47,680 bases of DNA. Origin: Aerococcaceae bacterium (lineage in GTDB: Bacteria; Bacillota; Bacilli; Lactobacillales; Aerococcaceae). Position 1 is the first letter of the stretch, and each line of letters begins with the position of its first letter. The position numbers and the translations under genes were made by a program. The DNA lies in assembly GCA_043424535.1 (NCBI GenBank), contig JBHWOV010000064.1, forward strand, positions 1 through 47,680, given 5' to 3'. Shown here piece by piece: positions 9,460 through 20,127 of the stretch. The notes under the pieces were generated by a model, which was not told the DNA's origin, did no database searches, and worked only from the letters and a program-made list of their open reading frames with translations.

Positions 9460-11213
9460 TTTTCAGACAAAAGGAAAATCATCAACGGCATTATATTCGC
9501 ATTATTATTCTGTATAGTTTAGCAATTTTTTTGTTAATTGTTGCATTAGTATTTTCACGAAATTATCTTATTACGGGATATATGAGCGATATGATGAATC
9601 AAATAGAAACAAATATCGCGATAAATCAGCAAAATACGGTACTTCAAGATGAATTACGCCGATTACCTGAAGCAACGAAGTATCTATTGATTCAAGAAAA
9701 CTATCAAACGAGTGATGTAACTTATGGAGATAAGTCACTATTAAATATTTATAATCGCTCTTTGAATCAACAAAATCTCGATGAGAATAATCCAATACAA
9801 ACGGGTGAAACATTTGAAGGATATTGGGTGTATAGTCAATCACCGAAATTTAAAAACAATCATCGGTTGATCATTTGGCTCCCTAAAACTTATTTTCACT
9901 CCTATGCCGTACTTTTTAGATGGTTGTTTGTTTTCTTTTTAATCGTTCTAACATGCCTAATATTTGGAACTTATCGAAGTATTATAGCAATGATTGCTCG
10001 TCCACTTGAAGCAATGAATCAAGCATTGCTGACAATGGATGATTTAAATAGTAATCAATTTGAATATATAGGAAGTCATTTCAAAGAATTAGATAGTTTA
10101 GGAGAAACAGTAGCAAATCTAGAGCACCGAATTACCCACCGCTATGCAGATTTAGTAAATAGTCAACAAAGATTGACTATTTTGTTAGATCACTTAAATT
10201 TAGGTGTTATTTTGATTGATTCAACTGGTGAAATTGAATTGTTTAATCCTGAAGCGACGGAAATATTAGGACTGACAACTGAATCTTATGGGAGATCTTA
10301 TGCAGAAGTCGTTAGAAGTACACAATTAGTGGATATGATTGAAACAGTCATTGATACTCAAACAAGTTTAACCGAAGAAATTGAATTATATCTTCCTGCA
10401 TCACGTTATGTTGATGTGAATATCATTCCTTATAAGGAGACTGAGGAAGCTAAGGGAGCTATTTTAGTATTATTGTATGACATATCTCGAATACAGCAAC
10501 TAGAGAAGATTCGGTCAGAATTTGTTACCAATGCTAGTCATGAATTAAGAACGCCAGTAACTGCTATAAAAGGTTTTGCTGAGACATTGAATGATGGCGC
10601 ACTCGAAGATGAGAAAATTGCTAAAGAGTTCATTCAGATTATTTTAAAAGAAAGTAATCGCTTAGAAAATATTATCAATGATATTTTAGAATTATCACGT
10701 ATTGAGAAAAATAAAGATTCAATTGGCGAAACATTCTTTAATGTTGAAGACGCGATTAATAGTATTTTAATATCATTAGATAAAAAAGCAACTTCTAAAA
10801 AAATTCAATTGATTCCGGAGATAGATCATACACTCCCGTTAATTATTGAAGGCAATCAACATCGTGTGGAACAAATATTGACTAATTTGGTTGATAATGC
10901 CATTAATTATTCGGGCGAAGATAGTGATGTCATTATTCGAGCTTATGGTAAAGATTCAGGTGTAATGTTAGAAGTTTCTGACAATGGTGTGGGAATTCCT
11001 GAAGATGAGCAAAAGAGAATTTTTGAACGTTTTTATCGCGTAGACAAAGGACGGAGTCGAAATTCTGGTGGAACAGGCTTAGGTTTATCGATTGTTCGTA
11101 ATCTTGTTCGTATATTTGGAGGAGACATTAAAGTAGAAAGTAAACTTGGAATGGGTTCTACTTTTAGTGTGTTTTTACCTTATTCACAACAACTTATAAA
11201 GCAGAATGGATGA
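9456..11213 (+). CDS. phoR: Sensor histidine kinase PhoR (TM-HAMP-PAS-HisKA-HATPase)
   Basis: FVTNASHELRTP H-box, NLVDNAINY, FERFYRVDKGRSRNSGGTGLGLSIV. Confidence 0.88.
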   Translation: MIFRQKENHQRHYIRIIILYSLAIFLLIVALVFSRNYLITGYMSDMMNQIETNIAINQQNTVLQDELRRLPEATKYLLIQENYQTSDVTYGDKSLLNIYNRSLNQQNLDENNPIQTGETFEGYWVYSQSPKFKNNHRLIIWLPKTYFHSYAVLFRWLFVFFLIVLTCLIFGTYRSIIAMIARPLEAMNQALLTMDDLNSNQFEYIGSHFKELDSLGETVANLEHRITHRYADLVNSQQRLTILLDHLNLGVILIDSTGEIELFNPEATEILGLTTESYGRSYAEVVRSTQLVDMIETVIDTQTSLTEEIELYLPASRYVDVNIIPYKETEEAKGAILVLLYDISRIQQLEKIRSEFVTNASHELRTPVTAIKGFAETLNDGALEDEKIAKEFIQIILKESNRLENIINDILELSRIEKNKDSIGETFFNVEDAINSILISLDKKATSKKIQLIPEIDHTLPLIIEGNQHRVEQILTNLVDNAINYSGEDSDVIIRAYGKDSGVMLEVSDNGVGIPEDEQKRIFERFYRVDKGRSRNSGGTGLGLSIVRNLVRIFGGDIKVESKLGMGSTFSVFLPYSQQLIKQNG

Positions 11214-11247
11214 AAATATTTTTTATTTTTGTCGATTTCGAAAATAG

Positions 11248-11291
11248 CTATCCCTATAAAACAAATATGCTGTTTTATAGGGATAGATTTT
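11248..11291 (+). terminator. Intrinsic terminator after phoPR
   Basis: CTATCCCTATAAAACA-N7-TGTTTTATAGGGATAG followed by ATTTT. Confidence 0.75.
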
Positions 11292-11367
11292 GAAAAAAAT
11301 GAAAACAGACACTTTCATCTAAACTTTTCATTTGTAAAGTTTGATTTTTTATATTAGTAAATCAACC

Positions 11368-11430
11368 TTTACATTGAAAAAGTCATCTTAACATAAAATT
11401 TACACAAAATTTACAATCGACGAGTACAAT
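11368..11430 (+). promoter_or_regulatory. Pho box array plus -10 element of the pst operon
   Basis: TTAACA 11388, TTTACA 11399, TTTACA 11410 (11-bp period), extra TTTACA 11368, -10 TACAAT 11425-11430; fits the Bacillus-type TT(A/T/C)ACA PhoP repeat. Confidence 0.85.
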
Positions 11431-11477
11431 GGATATGGTTATTATAAATTTATTTTGATTAGTATAGGAGAGTAATT

Positions 11478-12341
11478 ATGCAAAAGAATCATATGGAATC
11501 GATAATGCGATATGTCTTCATATTTTGTGCATCAATTTCGATTATTTCGATTATTTTAATTTTCTTTTTCATTTTTAGGGGCGGGTTACCTTTTATTATA
11601 GAAGAAGGTATTGGAAATTTTGTTTTCGGTACAACTTGGAGACCAACCGCATCAAATCCACAATTCGGTATTTTACCGATGATTGTAGGATCCTTAGTAG
11701 TGACATTGGGAGCTATTTTGATAGGGGTCCCAATAGGCGTGTTAACTTCGATTTTCATGGCGTTCTTTTGTCCGCCAAAATTATATCGTTTTGCAAAACC
11801 TGCCATTAATTTGATGGCGGCGATCCCATCAATTGTATATGGGTTCTTCGCATTACAAGTATTCGTTCCTTTGTCTCGTGAATTGTTTGGTGGAACAGGA
11901 ATGAATATTATCACAGCGTCTGTATTACTAGCGATTATGATTTTACCAACGATTATCGGTTTATCAGAGTCAGCATTAAGAGCAGTGCCGTCATCTTATT
12001 ATCAAGCAAGTATTGGCCTTGGAGCGACTCATGAGCGTTCTGTAATGAATGTCGTTGTTCCGGCAGCTAAATCTGGTATTTTCTCTGGGATAATTCTAGG
12101 GATTGGACGTGCCATTGGAGAGACGATGGCTGTTATTCTTGTAACAGGAAATCAACCAGTCATACCAACGAGTTTAACCGATGGTGTACGTACATTAACA
12201 ACGAATATTGTATTAGAGATGGGTTATGCTTCCGGTCGTCATCGTGAGGCTTTAATCGCAACAGCAGTCGTTCTCTTTATCTTTATTATTATATTAAATT
12301 CTATCTTTATGGTGATTAAATCGAAAGGAGATAAACGCTAA
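11478..12341 (+). CDS. pstC: Phosphate ABC transporter permease PstC
   Basis: FGILPMIVGS, AAIPSIVYGFF, GRAIGETMAV. Confidence 0.95.
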   Translation: MQKNHMESIMRYVFIFCASISIISIILIFFFIFRGGLPFIIEEGIGNFVFGTTWRPTASNPQFGILPMIVGSLVVTLGAILIGVPIGVLTSIFMAFFCPPKLYRFAKPAINLMAAIPSIVYGFFALQVFVPLSRELFGGTGMNIITASVLLAIMILPTIIGLSESALRAVPSSYYQASIGLGATHERSVMNVVVPAAKSGIFSGIILGIGRAIGETMAVILVTGNQPVIPTSLTDGVRTLTTNIVLEMGYASGRHREALIATAVVLFIFIIILNSIFMVIKSKGDKR

Positions 12342-13162
12342 TGCAATCGAAGTTTAATTGGATTAAATTTATCGTTTGGGCAGCCGGATTATTTACCTTA
12401 TCGATGCTGATATTTATTGTATTATTTATATTAGCTCGAGGTATACCTGCATTGAATTTTGATATGTTTTCTTGGCGATATACTACATCGAATGTTTCAA
12501 TGATGCCAGCCATTATATCTACATTAGTTATTGTTGGTGTGTCGCTTCTTTTTGCGGTTCCTATCGGTGTATTTACAGGATTCTATCTCGTAGAGTACGC
12601 TAATCAATCAAATAAATTTTTATCTGTTATTCGTTTAGCAACGGATACGCTAGCAGCAGTTCCATCAATTGTTTATGGTTTGTTCGGAATGCTATTATTC
12701 GTTATTGAATTGGGAATGGGATATTCACATTGGGCCGGTATTTTGACAATTACAATAATGATTTTACCTATCATTATTTCGTCAACTGAAGAAGGATTAA
12801 GATCCGTTGATGATTCTTTAAGAATGGGTAGCTTAGCTCTAGGAGCAGGAAAATTAAGAACGATTTTTACAGTCGTTTTGCCGGTTGCCATGCCAGGTAT
12901 TCTTTCAGGAATTATTCTAGCCATTGGGCGAATCGTTGGTGAATCTGCCGCTTTGATTTATACACTGGGATCATCAGCTCAGATGTTAAGTGGCCTAAGT
13001 TCATCTGGGCGAACTTTAGCTGTTCACATGTATATGTTATCTCAAGAAGGGTTCCATGTTGAAGAATCTTATGCTACTGCAACTGTCTTAATTGTTATTG
13101 TTCTAATCATCAATGCACTATCAACTTTCCTAAGTAATAAATTAGGATCAGGAGGAAAATAA
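12341..13162 (+). CDS. pstA: Phosphate ABC transporter permease PstA
   Basis: [29 protein letters not shown]. Confidence 0.95.
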   Translation: MQSKFNWIKFIVWAAGLFTLSMLIFIVLFILARGIPALNFDMFSWRYTTSNVSMMPAIISTLVIVGVSLLFAVPIGVFTGFYLVEYANQSNKFLSVIRLATDTLAAVPSIVYGLFGMLLFVIELGMGYSHWAGILTITIMILPIIISSTEEGLRSVDDSLRMGSLALGAGKLRTIFTVVLPVAMPGILSGIILAIGRIVGESAALIYTLGSSAQMLSGLSSSGRTLAVHMYMLSQEGFHVEESYATATVLIVIVLIINALSTFLSNKLGSGGK

Positions 13163-13926
13163 TGACTACACAACCTATTAAATTTAATATTAAAGATCTA
13201 GATTTCTATTATGGTGATTTTCAAGCACTGAAAAATATTAACATGGAAATTGAAGAAAATCTTGTTACCGCATTTATTGGCCCATCTGGTTGTGGAAAGT
13301 CAACTTTTCTTAAAATTTTAAACCGGATGCAAGATTTAGTTAGTTATGCACGTGTTGATGGATTAGTGGAATTAGATGGAGAAGATATTTTCCAAAAAGA
13401 TTATGATGTTAATATCTTAAGAAAACGTGTCGGAATGGTATTTCAACACCCTAACCCATTTCCGAAATCAATCTATGATAATATTGCTTATGGTCCTAGA
13501 ACGCATGGGATTACTGACTCGAGTCAGCTCGATCAAATCGTAGAAGAAAGTTTACGTGGTGCAGCTATTTGGGATGAAGTAAAAGATAAATTAGATCAAA
13601 AAGCAACATCTTTATCTGGTGGCCAACAACAACGTATATGTATTGCTCGTGCGATAGCAAACGATCCAGAAGTATTACTGATGGATGAGCCGACATCTGC
13701 ATTAGACCCAATTTCTACTAACAAAATTGAAGAACTTATTCACGAACTCAAAGAAAAATATACGGTTATTATCGTTACTCATAATATGCAACAAGCTGCA
13801 CGTATATCAGATAAAACAGCATTTTTCTTAAATGGTGAAGTGATAGAATTTGATGAAACGGAAGCAATTTTCTCTAATCCAAAAAATCAACAAACTATGG
13901 ATTATGTATCTGGACGATTTGGTTAA
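13162..13926 (+). CDS. pstB: Phosphate ABC transporter ATPase PstB
   Basis: [42 protein letters not shown]. Confidence 0.97.
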   Translation: MTTQPIKFNIKDLDFYYGDFQALKNINMEIEENLVTAFIGPSGCGKSTFLKILNRMQDLVSYARVDGLVELDGEDIFQKDYDVNILRKRVGMVFQHPNPFPKSIYDNIAYGPRTHGITDSSQLDQIVEESLRGAAIWDEVKDKLDQKATSLSGGQQQRICIARAIANDPEVLLMDEPTSALDPISTNKIEELIHELKEKYTVIIVTHNMQQAARISDKTAFFLNGEVIEFDETEAIFSNPKNQQTMDYVSGRFG

Positions 13927-13949
13927 TCTCTACCTGAGGAGGTAATGAT

Positions 13950-14606
13950 TTGAGAACAGTTTTTGAAGAAGAGTTACAACAATTATTTGTCGATCTTACA
14001 AGACTTGGTAATGCTGCAAATGAATCATTGCATAAAGCAATAAAAGCATTTAATACAAGAGATCGCGAATTAGCTCATGAATTATTTAGTGACGATTTAA
14101 GAATCAATGCCGCAACAATTGATATTGAACAAGCTGCTTATCGTGTGATTGTTCTCCAACAACCAGTGGCAAGAGATTTACGTAAGGTGTTTACAGTATT
14201 ACAGGCAAGTACGGATATCGAAAGAATCGCTGATCATGCAGTATCTATTGCGCGTGAGACGATTGATCGTGATGATAGTCATGCATCGAATGAAGAAATA
14301 GAAGCTATTATTAATGAAATGGCTGAAATTATTAGTGGCATGATTACAGATGCTTTAGACGCTGTTGCAAGGCGTGATTCTGATGCAGCACGGGAAATTG
14401 CTAGTCGCGATAAAAAAGTCAATGCATTGTATCGTGATGTATTGAGAAGTGCATCTAAATCACTTGAAGAAAGTAATGATTCTGTAGCCATTGCGATTGC
14501 TTATATTCAGATAGCGGATAGCCTCGAGCGAATGGGCGATTATACTAAGAATATTTGTGAGCGTGTTGTTTATCTTAATACAGGTACAATTTTAGAATTA
14601 GGATAA
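13950..14606 (+). CDS. phoU: Phosphate signalling regulator PhoU
   Basis: LQQPVARDLR, DIERIADHA, LERMGDY; TTG start after SD GAGGAGG. Confidence 0.95.
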   Translation: MRTVFEEELQQLFVDLTRLGNAANESLHKAIKAFNTRDRELAHELFSDDLRINAATIDIEQAAYRVIVLQQPVARDLRKVFTVLQASTDIERIADHAVSIARETIDRDDSHASNEEIEAIINEMAEIISGMITDALDAVARRDSDAAREIASRDKKVNALYRDVLRSASKSLEESNDSVAIAIAYIQIADSLERMGDYTKNICERVVYLNTGTILELG

Positions 14607-14612
14607 GATATC

Positions 14613-14652
14613 AAAAATACCGATTACATGATCTACATGTAATCGGTATTTT
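14613..14652. terminator. Bidirectional terminator between phoU and the pncA-like gene
   Basis: AAAATACCGATTACATG-atcta-CATGTAATCGGTATTTT. Confidence 0.9.
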
Positions 14653-14654
14653 CA

Positions 14655-15209
14655 TTATTTACGAATAACTTTTGCTCCCAAAGTGTCTTCAAAATGAGAT
14701 AGGGCCCATTCATGTCCTACATCATTAAAACTAGCAACTCCTGCTTCAGGTATAACAATTTTGTATCCTAAATTGTATGCACTAACTGCTGTATGTAAAA
14801 TACAAATATCAGTGACGACACCTACTAACCAAACTTCTTTGATATCTCTTTCTCTTAAACGTAAATCAAGTTCTGTACCAGTAAAGGCGGAATAACGCCG
14901 TTTATCGGTATAAAAAAGATTATCATGATCTAAGTATTTTTGAACAGCTTGGCCGGTTTTTCCATAGAAATGGCGCCCATCTGATTCTTTTAAATTATGT
15001 GGTGGAAATAATTTAGTTTCTGGATGATAAGGATCGTTTAAAACATGTAAATCATTGGCAATGACCACATATTCATTTTGATCGATAAAGTCTTCAATCA
15101 ACTCTGAAATATAGGGATCTAAAGCTTGTGCTGGTTCACCAGCAGTGAGTGCTCCGTCTGTAGCAACGAAATCATTTGAGTAATCGATAACAATTAATGC
15201 TTTTTCCAT
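14655..15209 (-). CDS. Cysteine hydrolase/isochorismatase family, nicotinamidase (PncA)-like
   Basis: ALIVIDYSNDF, DLH...HPE..LFPPHN, KRRYSAF, GVVTDICILHTA. Confidence 0.88.
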   Translation of the reverse strand: MEKALIVIDYSNDFVATDGALTAGEPAQALDPYISELIEDFIDQNEYVVIANDLHVLNDPYHPETKLFPPHNLKESDGRHFYGKTGQAVQKYLDHDNLFYTDKRRYSAFTGTELDLRLRERDIKEVWLVGVVTDICILHTAVSAYNLGYKIVIPEAGVASFNDVGHEWALSHFEDTLGAKVIRK

Positions 15210-15234
15210 AATCCACGCTTCCTTTTAATCTACA

Positions 15235-16185
15235 TTATACAAGATTGAACCAACGTTTTGCAGTGTTTTTACCGACATTTTTAGCAGCACGACCGATTGT
15301 TTTTACAATATGTCCTGCATTATCTTTGACAACAAGTTTTAATTTAGGTAATGCCCGAATGGTTGCATCGTGGCGGACATCGTTTTTATTAACAGGTGTT
15401 TGGCTGGTTAAGAAGTCTTGAGTAATGATCCCCACTCTTAAGGTCAAGAATGAGTTCACAGCACCTTCTAATATCGAAGAAACGACTAAATTAGCAATGG
15501 GTATCATTCCAGGAACAGCTGACACAACACTTTCACCTAAGACGGAAGTGATAATCGGTTCTATTTGATATTCGATCAAATCAATATCTTCAATTGCGCG
15601 AGCCATTAAAATGACACTGGCAACTTGTAGATATAATTTAAATAGACTCTGTAAACTAGGTCGAGTGCCATAAATTCTTGCGATTTGCCATACCATTCTT
15701 AAAAGAGTATACAAAACGACCAAACTATCTAATGATCCATTTTGAGAAATGGCAGTGGTTAAGAAGATTGCATTTGCATTTTCTTGAATAATAGGATTAG
15801 TGAGTGTTTGTAAATGTTGTAGACCTTGGTCAATTTGTTCTGTTATGTTACCTTCATCATCCCATTCAAGATCTTGTAAATGAGCATTCTTCTTAAGTTG
15901 GCTATACACTTGTTTTTGATATGCTAAAATATCTTCTTCGCTTGCATCATCATCTAATGTCAGAACATCTGGTGCAGCTTTGAATTGTTGATATATTTTA
16001 TAAATCATCATAATGAACGCAATGATTAATAGAGAAACTATACCGATTGCAAGATACGGATGGATGTTATGCAATAACTGATAGAGCAATATAAACTGAT
16101 TAATAATGAAAATAGCTAGAATAATACCGATAGCATACATTCCCCATTGAAAAATACGCTTCAAGTCATTCCACCATGTGGTCAT
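15235..16185 (-). CDS. DUF697/YcjF-family membrane protein
   Basis: Two N-terminal TMs; TAISQNGSLD, IARIYGTRPS, EGAVNSFLTLRVG pattern. Confidence 0.75.
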   Translation of the reverse strand: MTTWWNDLKRIFQWGMYAIGIILAIFIINQFILLYQLLHNIHPYLAIGIVSLLIIAFIMMIYKIYQQFKAAPDVLTLDDDASEEDILAYQKQVYSQLKKNAHLQDLEWDDEGNITEQIDQGLQHLQTLTNPIIQENANAIFLTTAISQNGSLDSLVVLYTLLRMVWQIARIYGTRPSLQSLFKLYLQVASVILMARAIEDIDLIEYQIEPIITSVLGESVVSAVPGMIPIANLVVSSILEGAVNSFLTLRVGIITQDFLTSQTPVNKNDVRHDATIRALPKLKLVVKDNAGHIVKTIGRAAKNVGKNTAKRWFNLV

Positions 16186-16285
16186 AGAATCCCCCCCTTA
16201 TATATGTATATTATACAACATTCTAACGACAATATCCTAAGACAAAGGACTGATTCTATTGAGATAGAGACAAATTGTTCAAAAT

Positions 16286-16318
16286 AAAAAACTCCAAATA
16301 TTAAAATAATACTTGGAG
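16286..16318 (-). terminator. Intrinsic terminator of ppk1
   Basis: CTCCAAATATTA...TAATACTTGGAG with an A run on the + side. Confidence 0.7.
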
Positions 16319-16336
16319 ATTAGGTATGCTATTATA

Positions 16337-18496
16337 TTATGAAATAATGCGTCGCCAAATGCGATTTATCCAAGATGGCTTTTCTTTTTGTTTAACATCA
16401 CTTTCCAATAAACGAGCCCGTCTTTGATTAGCTTCAATCATTTGTTGTTCTTGAGCATTCAATGGGCCTGTTTCTTCAATATTTGGTCGAACATATTCGC
16501 CATTTGATTGTAAAATTCGAGCTTTCAACGTATCGTTTAATTGTAAATCTAATACATGAAGAATACGTGCTTCGATAACTTTATCTAAGATTGGAAACTC
16601 AATTTCTACGCGTTTAATCATATTTCGAGTCATCATATCAGCAGAAGATAGAAAAATTCTTCGTGCACCATGATTATTAAAAGCATAGATTCGGCTATGC
16701 TCCAAGAAACGACCAACAATACTTCGAACATGAATATTCTCGGAAAGTCCAGGAACACCAGGTTTTAGACAACATATGCCTCGGACGATTAAATCGATTT
16801 TAACACCTGCTTGACTAGCCTCATATAATTTTTGAATAAGCTTCTTGTCCGTTAAGGAATTCATTTTAGCAATAATATGTCCGTCGCCATATTTCTTTTG
16901 ATGAACAATCTCTTCATCGATATAATCAGCGAGTGAGTCACGGATAGCAAAAGGTGCAACATGTAAATGAGTGTAAGATGGAGTATCACTGAATCCACTG
17001 ATATAGTTAAAGAATTTTGCTGCATCTTCTCCCATTTCTGGATTGGCCGTCATAATGCCCATATCGGTATATAGGCGAGCTGTTTTATCATTATAATTAC
17101 CAGTACCTAGATGGACATAATGTTGGATTTTATCATGTTCTCGTCGGACAATCATGGTGATTTTACTATGTGTTTTTAATTCGCGCACACCATAAAGTAC
17201 TTGGCACCCGACTTCTTCGAGTTCCTTTGCCCAATAGACATTATTTTCTTCATCAAAACGAGCTTTTAATTCAACGAGCACAGTGACGTCTTTGCCATTT
17301 TCTGCTGCAGTTTTGAGTGCTTCTATAATCGGAGAATTTTTTGACACACGATAAAGTGTTTGCTTGATGGCAATCGTTTGAGGATCTTTGCTAGCTTCCT
17401 CTATTAATGAAACAATGGGCTGAAAAGAGTCATAGGGATGATTAAAGAATAAATCCTTTTCTTTAATCGCGTCAAATAGCGATTCACCGGTATATCGCGG
17501 ATTCAGATAAGCCTTGAAATCGGAATATGCGTGCTCAGGATATTCTTCACTAATTTCATCTTTTAAGTCATTCAAGAAGGTTAAATCCAATGGGCCGTCG
17601 ATTAAATGTATTGAACGATCGGATAATTCTAATGATTCTTGTAAAAAATGATAATATTTTTGATTATGATTGGGAATAAAACGGGTATCAATCTCTAGAC
17701 GAACCGCTGTACCTGTGCGTCTTTTTTCGATATAATCTTCGATTAAATTAATTAAATCCGATGCACTGTCTTCTTTGATGTCAAAATCAGCACTTCGCGT
17801 GATTCTGAAAGGGAAAGCATATTTAATAGTATATCCTTGGAATAAACTATCTAATTCTTGAATCATTAAATCTTCAATTAGAATAATGTGTCTAGTATCA
17901 TTATCACCTAGCATGACATAACGATCTAATAATGTTGGAACTGGGACAATTGCTGTATATTCTTCTCCATCCTTGGATAATTGAACAAAAATATTCAATG
18001 CCTTATTTTTAAGAAACGGAAATGGGCGATACGCATCAATTCCTAAGGGAGTCAAGGTAGGTAAAATTAATTGCTGGTAATAATTTCTAGCAAACGCTAA
18101 ATCTTCATTGCTTAAATCGGATATTTTGCTCATCTGGTAGCCTAAAGGCTGTAATCTTTTAATTAATGTCTGATAACGATGATATTGATAATCTGTATTT
18201 CTCCGATGCAGCACACTGATTTCATTTAAAAGATCATTGGGGGATAATTTTGTTTTATTTTCAGCGATAGCTACGCCTCCCAAATATTGGTCAATGACAC
18301 CAGCCACACGGACCATAAAAAATTCATCGGCGTTTGATGTACCAATCGCTAAAAATGACAATTGTTCTAGTAAGGGATTATTTTCATCATAAGCTTCATC
18401 GATAACACGATAATTAAAATCAAGCCAACTTAATTCACGATTAAAATAGAGTGATGGATCATCAAAATCATGCGTCGAAATGGTAGTGGTATTCAT
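16337..18496 (-). CDS. ppk1: Polyphosphate kinase 1
   Basis: YFNRELSWLDFN, VELKARFDEENN, KTHSK, HLGTGNYN, GRFLEHSRI, SSADMMTRN. Confidence 0.97.
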   Translation of the reverse strand: MNTTTISTHDFDDPSLYFNRELSWLDFNYRVIDEAYDENNPLLEQLSFLAIGTSNADEFFMVRVAGVIDQYLGGVAIAENKTKLSPNDLLNEISVLHRRNTDYQYHRYQTLIKRLQPLGYQMSKISDLSNEDLAFARNYYQQLILPTLTPLGIDAYRPFPFLKNKALNIFVQLSKDGEEYTAIVPVPTLLDRYVMLGDNDTRHIILIEDLMIQELDSLFQGYTIKYAFPFRITRSADFDIKEDSASDLINLIEDYIEKRRTGTAVRLEIDTRFIPNHNQKYYHFLQESLELSDRSIHLIDGPLDLTFLNDLKDEISEEYPEHAYSDFKAYLNPRYTGESLFDAIKEKDLFFNHPYDSFQPIVSLIEEASKDPQTIAIKQTLYRVSKNSPIIEALKTAAENGKDVTVLVELKARFDEENNVYWAKELEEVGCQVLYGVRELKTHSKITMIVRREHDKIQHYVHLGTGNYNDKTARLYTDMGIMTANPEMGEDAAKFFNYISGFSDTPSYTHLHVAPFAIRDSLADYIDEEIVHQKKYGDGHIIAKMNSLTDKKLIQKLYEASQAGVKIDLIVRGICCLKPGVPGLSENIHVRSIVGRFLEHSRIYAFNNHGARRIFLSSADMMTRNMIKRVEIEFPILDKVIEARILHVLDLQLNDTLKARILQSNGEYVRPNIEETGPLNAQEQQMIEANQRRARLLESDVKQKEKPSWINRIWRRIIS

Positions 18497-18559
18497 GACA
18501 TGCTTCCTCTCTTGGTATATTCAGATCATTATTTCGATAATATGATAAGTGAAAAACTT

Positions 18560-20116
18560 CTAATTGTTGCTTTTATCGATGAAATGAAGGTCTACATTGC
18601 CTTCCAATGCTCTTTCTAAATGTTTTTTATGTCGAGTTATTTTATGTTTTTCAGCGACAATAGACGCATGGTGATAAATATGTAGCGTATAATTATCTTT
18701 ATCATTTTGTTCTAAATCAATTTTTTGAATAGGACCGGTACGCGATTCATTTAAGGCTTGTGTAAATTTTAAGACACCACCTAATTTTTCTAAGATGATT
18801 GTCTCTTCTTCAGTTAACCAATCGTCAAAATCTTCGAGATATTGACTAAATAATGAGCGGTTACGATAACTTGCGAGTAAAGCCAATTTAAGCCGTCTTT
18901 TATGGGAAAAACCAAGCAAGTCCATATTCGATAAAATATAGAATGTATGCTGGGAGTCGGCGTCGACACTTATAAAATCTCCAAAACGATATAATGCAGC
19001 AGCAAATTCAATCAGTTCTTGCATCTCATAAGAATAATCAAGCGCACCTAATTCCGTTAATTGTGAATATAATTTAATCGCCAAATCAATATTAATTTGA
19101 ATGCCATAAGTGTTTACAGGCAGGTCTTGAATTAAATGACGAATTGAACGAATTCGGATTAAATGACTATCTACAGGATAATTATAATGATCGTTAATAT
19201 GTTTAAGAATGATTCCTTCTCGTAAGCCCTGTGTAGAGATAACAAAAGCATCCGTTTTAATTGTTTTCATTAATTCTTGAAAAACAATTGTCGCCGGAAT
19301 AATCAAATCAATTCGATCAGTACTAAGTCCATCGATATTTTTCATATCTTTATAGTCTGTATCGATAAAAAGTTGTAAAGTTTGTTCAATATAGTCGCTT
19401 GTCATATTGAAACCATGTAGGCCTGCCATTGGATAGTGAACTTGTCTTTGATAAACATTTGCGACATTTCGTGCTGAACCGCCAATAGCTGTAATGGGTA
19501 ATTTAGCTTTTTTAAGCCGATTATGTGCTTTGAATTGCTGGCGAACATAATGTCTTACTGCGTCGATTGCTTCTGGGTCATTATGTGCTTTTCCATTGAA
19601 GAACATTTTCGATAAGCTTACTGCACCAAAAGGAAAACTGTAGGATTCTTTAATGACATTATCAATGATTAAAGTTACTTCACAACTTCCTCCACCAATA
19701 TCAACAGATACAGTATTGTCCATAGTGGTTGAATGAATAATAGCATAGGCCCCGTATCCCGCTTCGTCTTGTTCAGAAACAATTTGAATCGTTAAATCAG
19801 TCGCTTGTTTGACTTGTTTGATAATGTCCTCTTGATTGGAAGACTGACGAACAGCTGCCGTAGCCATTGGATAAATATATTGAATATTAAATTGGTCTGC
19901 AATGGATTTAAAGCTTTGTAATGCTTCAATTAAGATGTCGATACCTTCTTGAGTCATGACTGGTTTTCCGTCGATGTTTTCAATATATTGAGAAAGTCGA
20001 GCCGGGGTTTTAACATTATGTGTTTCTGTAAAATTGTATAATTCATCAATAGTGTATAGAACGAGTCGAATAGTATTTGAGCCAATATCAATTAAGGCAA
20101 CACGATTATTTTCCAT
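18560..20116 (-). CDS. ppx: Ppx/GppA family exopolyphosphatase with C-terminal helical domain
   Basis: IDIGSNTIRL, ATAAVRQ, DIGGGSCE, IGGSARN, GLREG; adjacent to ppk1. Confidence 0.92.
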   Translation of the reverse strand: MENNRVALIDIGSNTIRLVLYTIDELYNFTETHNVKTPARLSQYIENIDGKPVMTQEGIDILIEALQSFKSIADQFNIQYIYPMATAAVRQSSNQEDIIKQVKQATDLTIQIVSEQDEAGYGAYAIIHSTTMDNTVSVDIGGGSCEVTLIIDNVIKESYSFPFGAVSLSKMFFNGKAHNDPEAIDAVRHYVRQQFKAHNRLKKAKLPITAIGGSARNVANVYQRQVHYPMAGLHGFNMTSDYIEQTLQLFIDTDYKDMKNIDGLSTDRIDLIIPATIVFQELMKTIKTDAFVISTQGLREGIILKHINDHYNYPVDSHLIRIRSIRHLIQDLPVNTYGIQINIDLAIKLYSQLTELGALDYSYEMQELIEFAAALYRFGDFISVDADSQHTFYILSNMDLLGFSHKRRLKLALLASYRNRSLFSQYLEDFDDWLTEEETIILEKLGGVLKFTQALNESRTGPIQKIDLEQNDKDNYTLHIYHHASIVAEKHKITRHKKHLERALEGNVDLHFIDKSNN

Positions 20117-20127
20117 GATAGCTCCTT

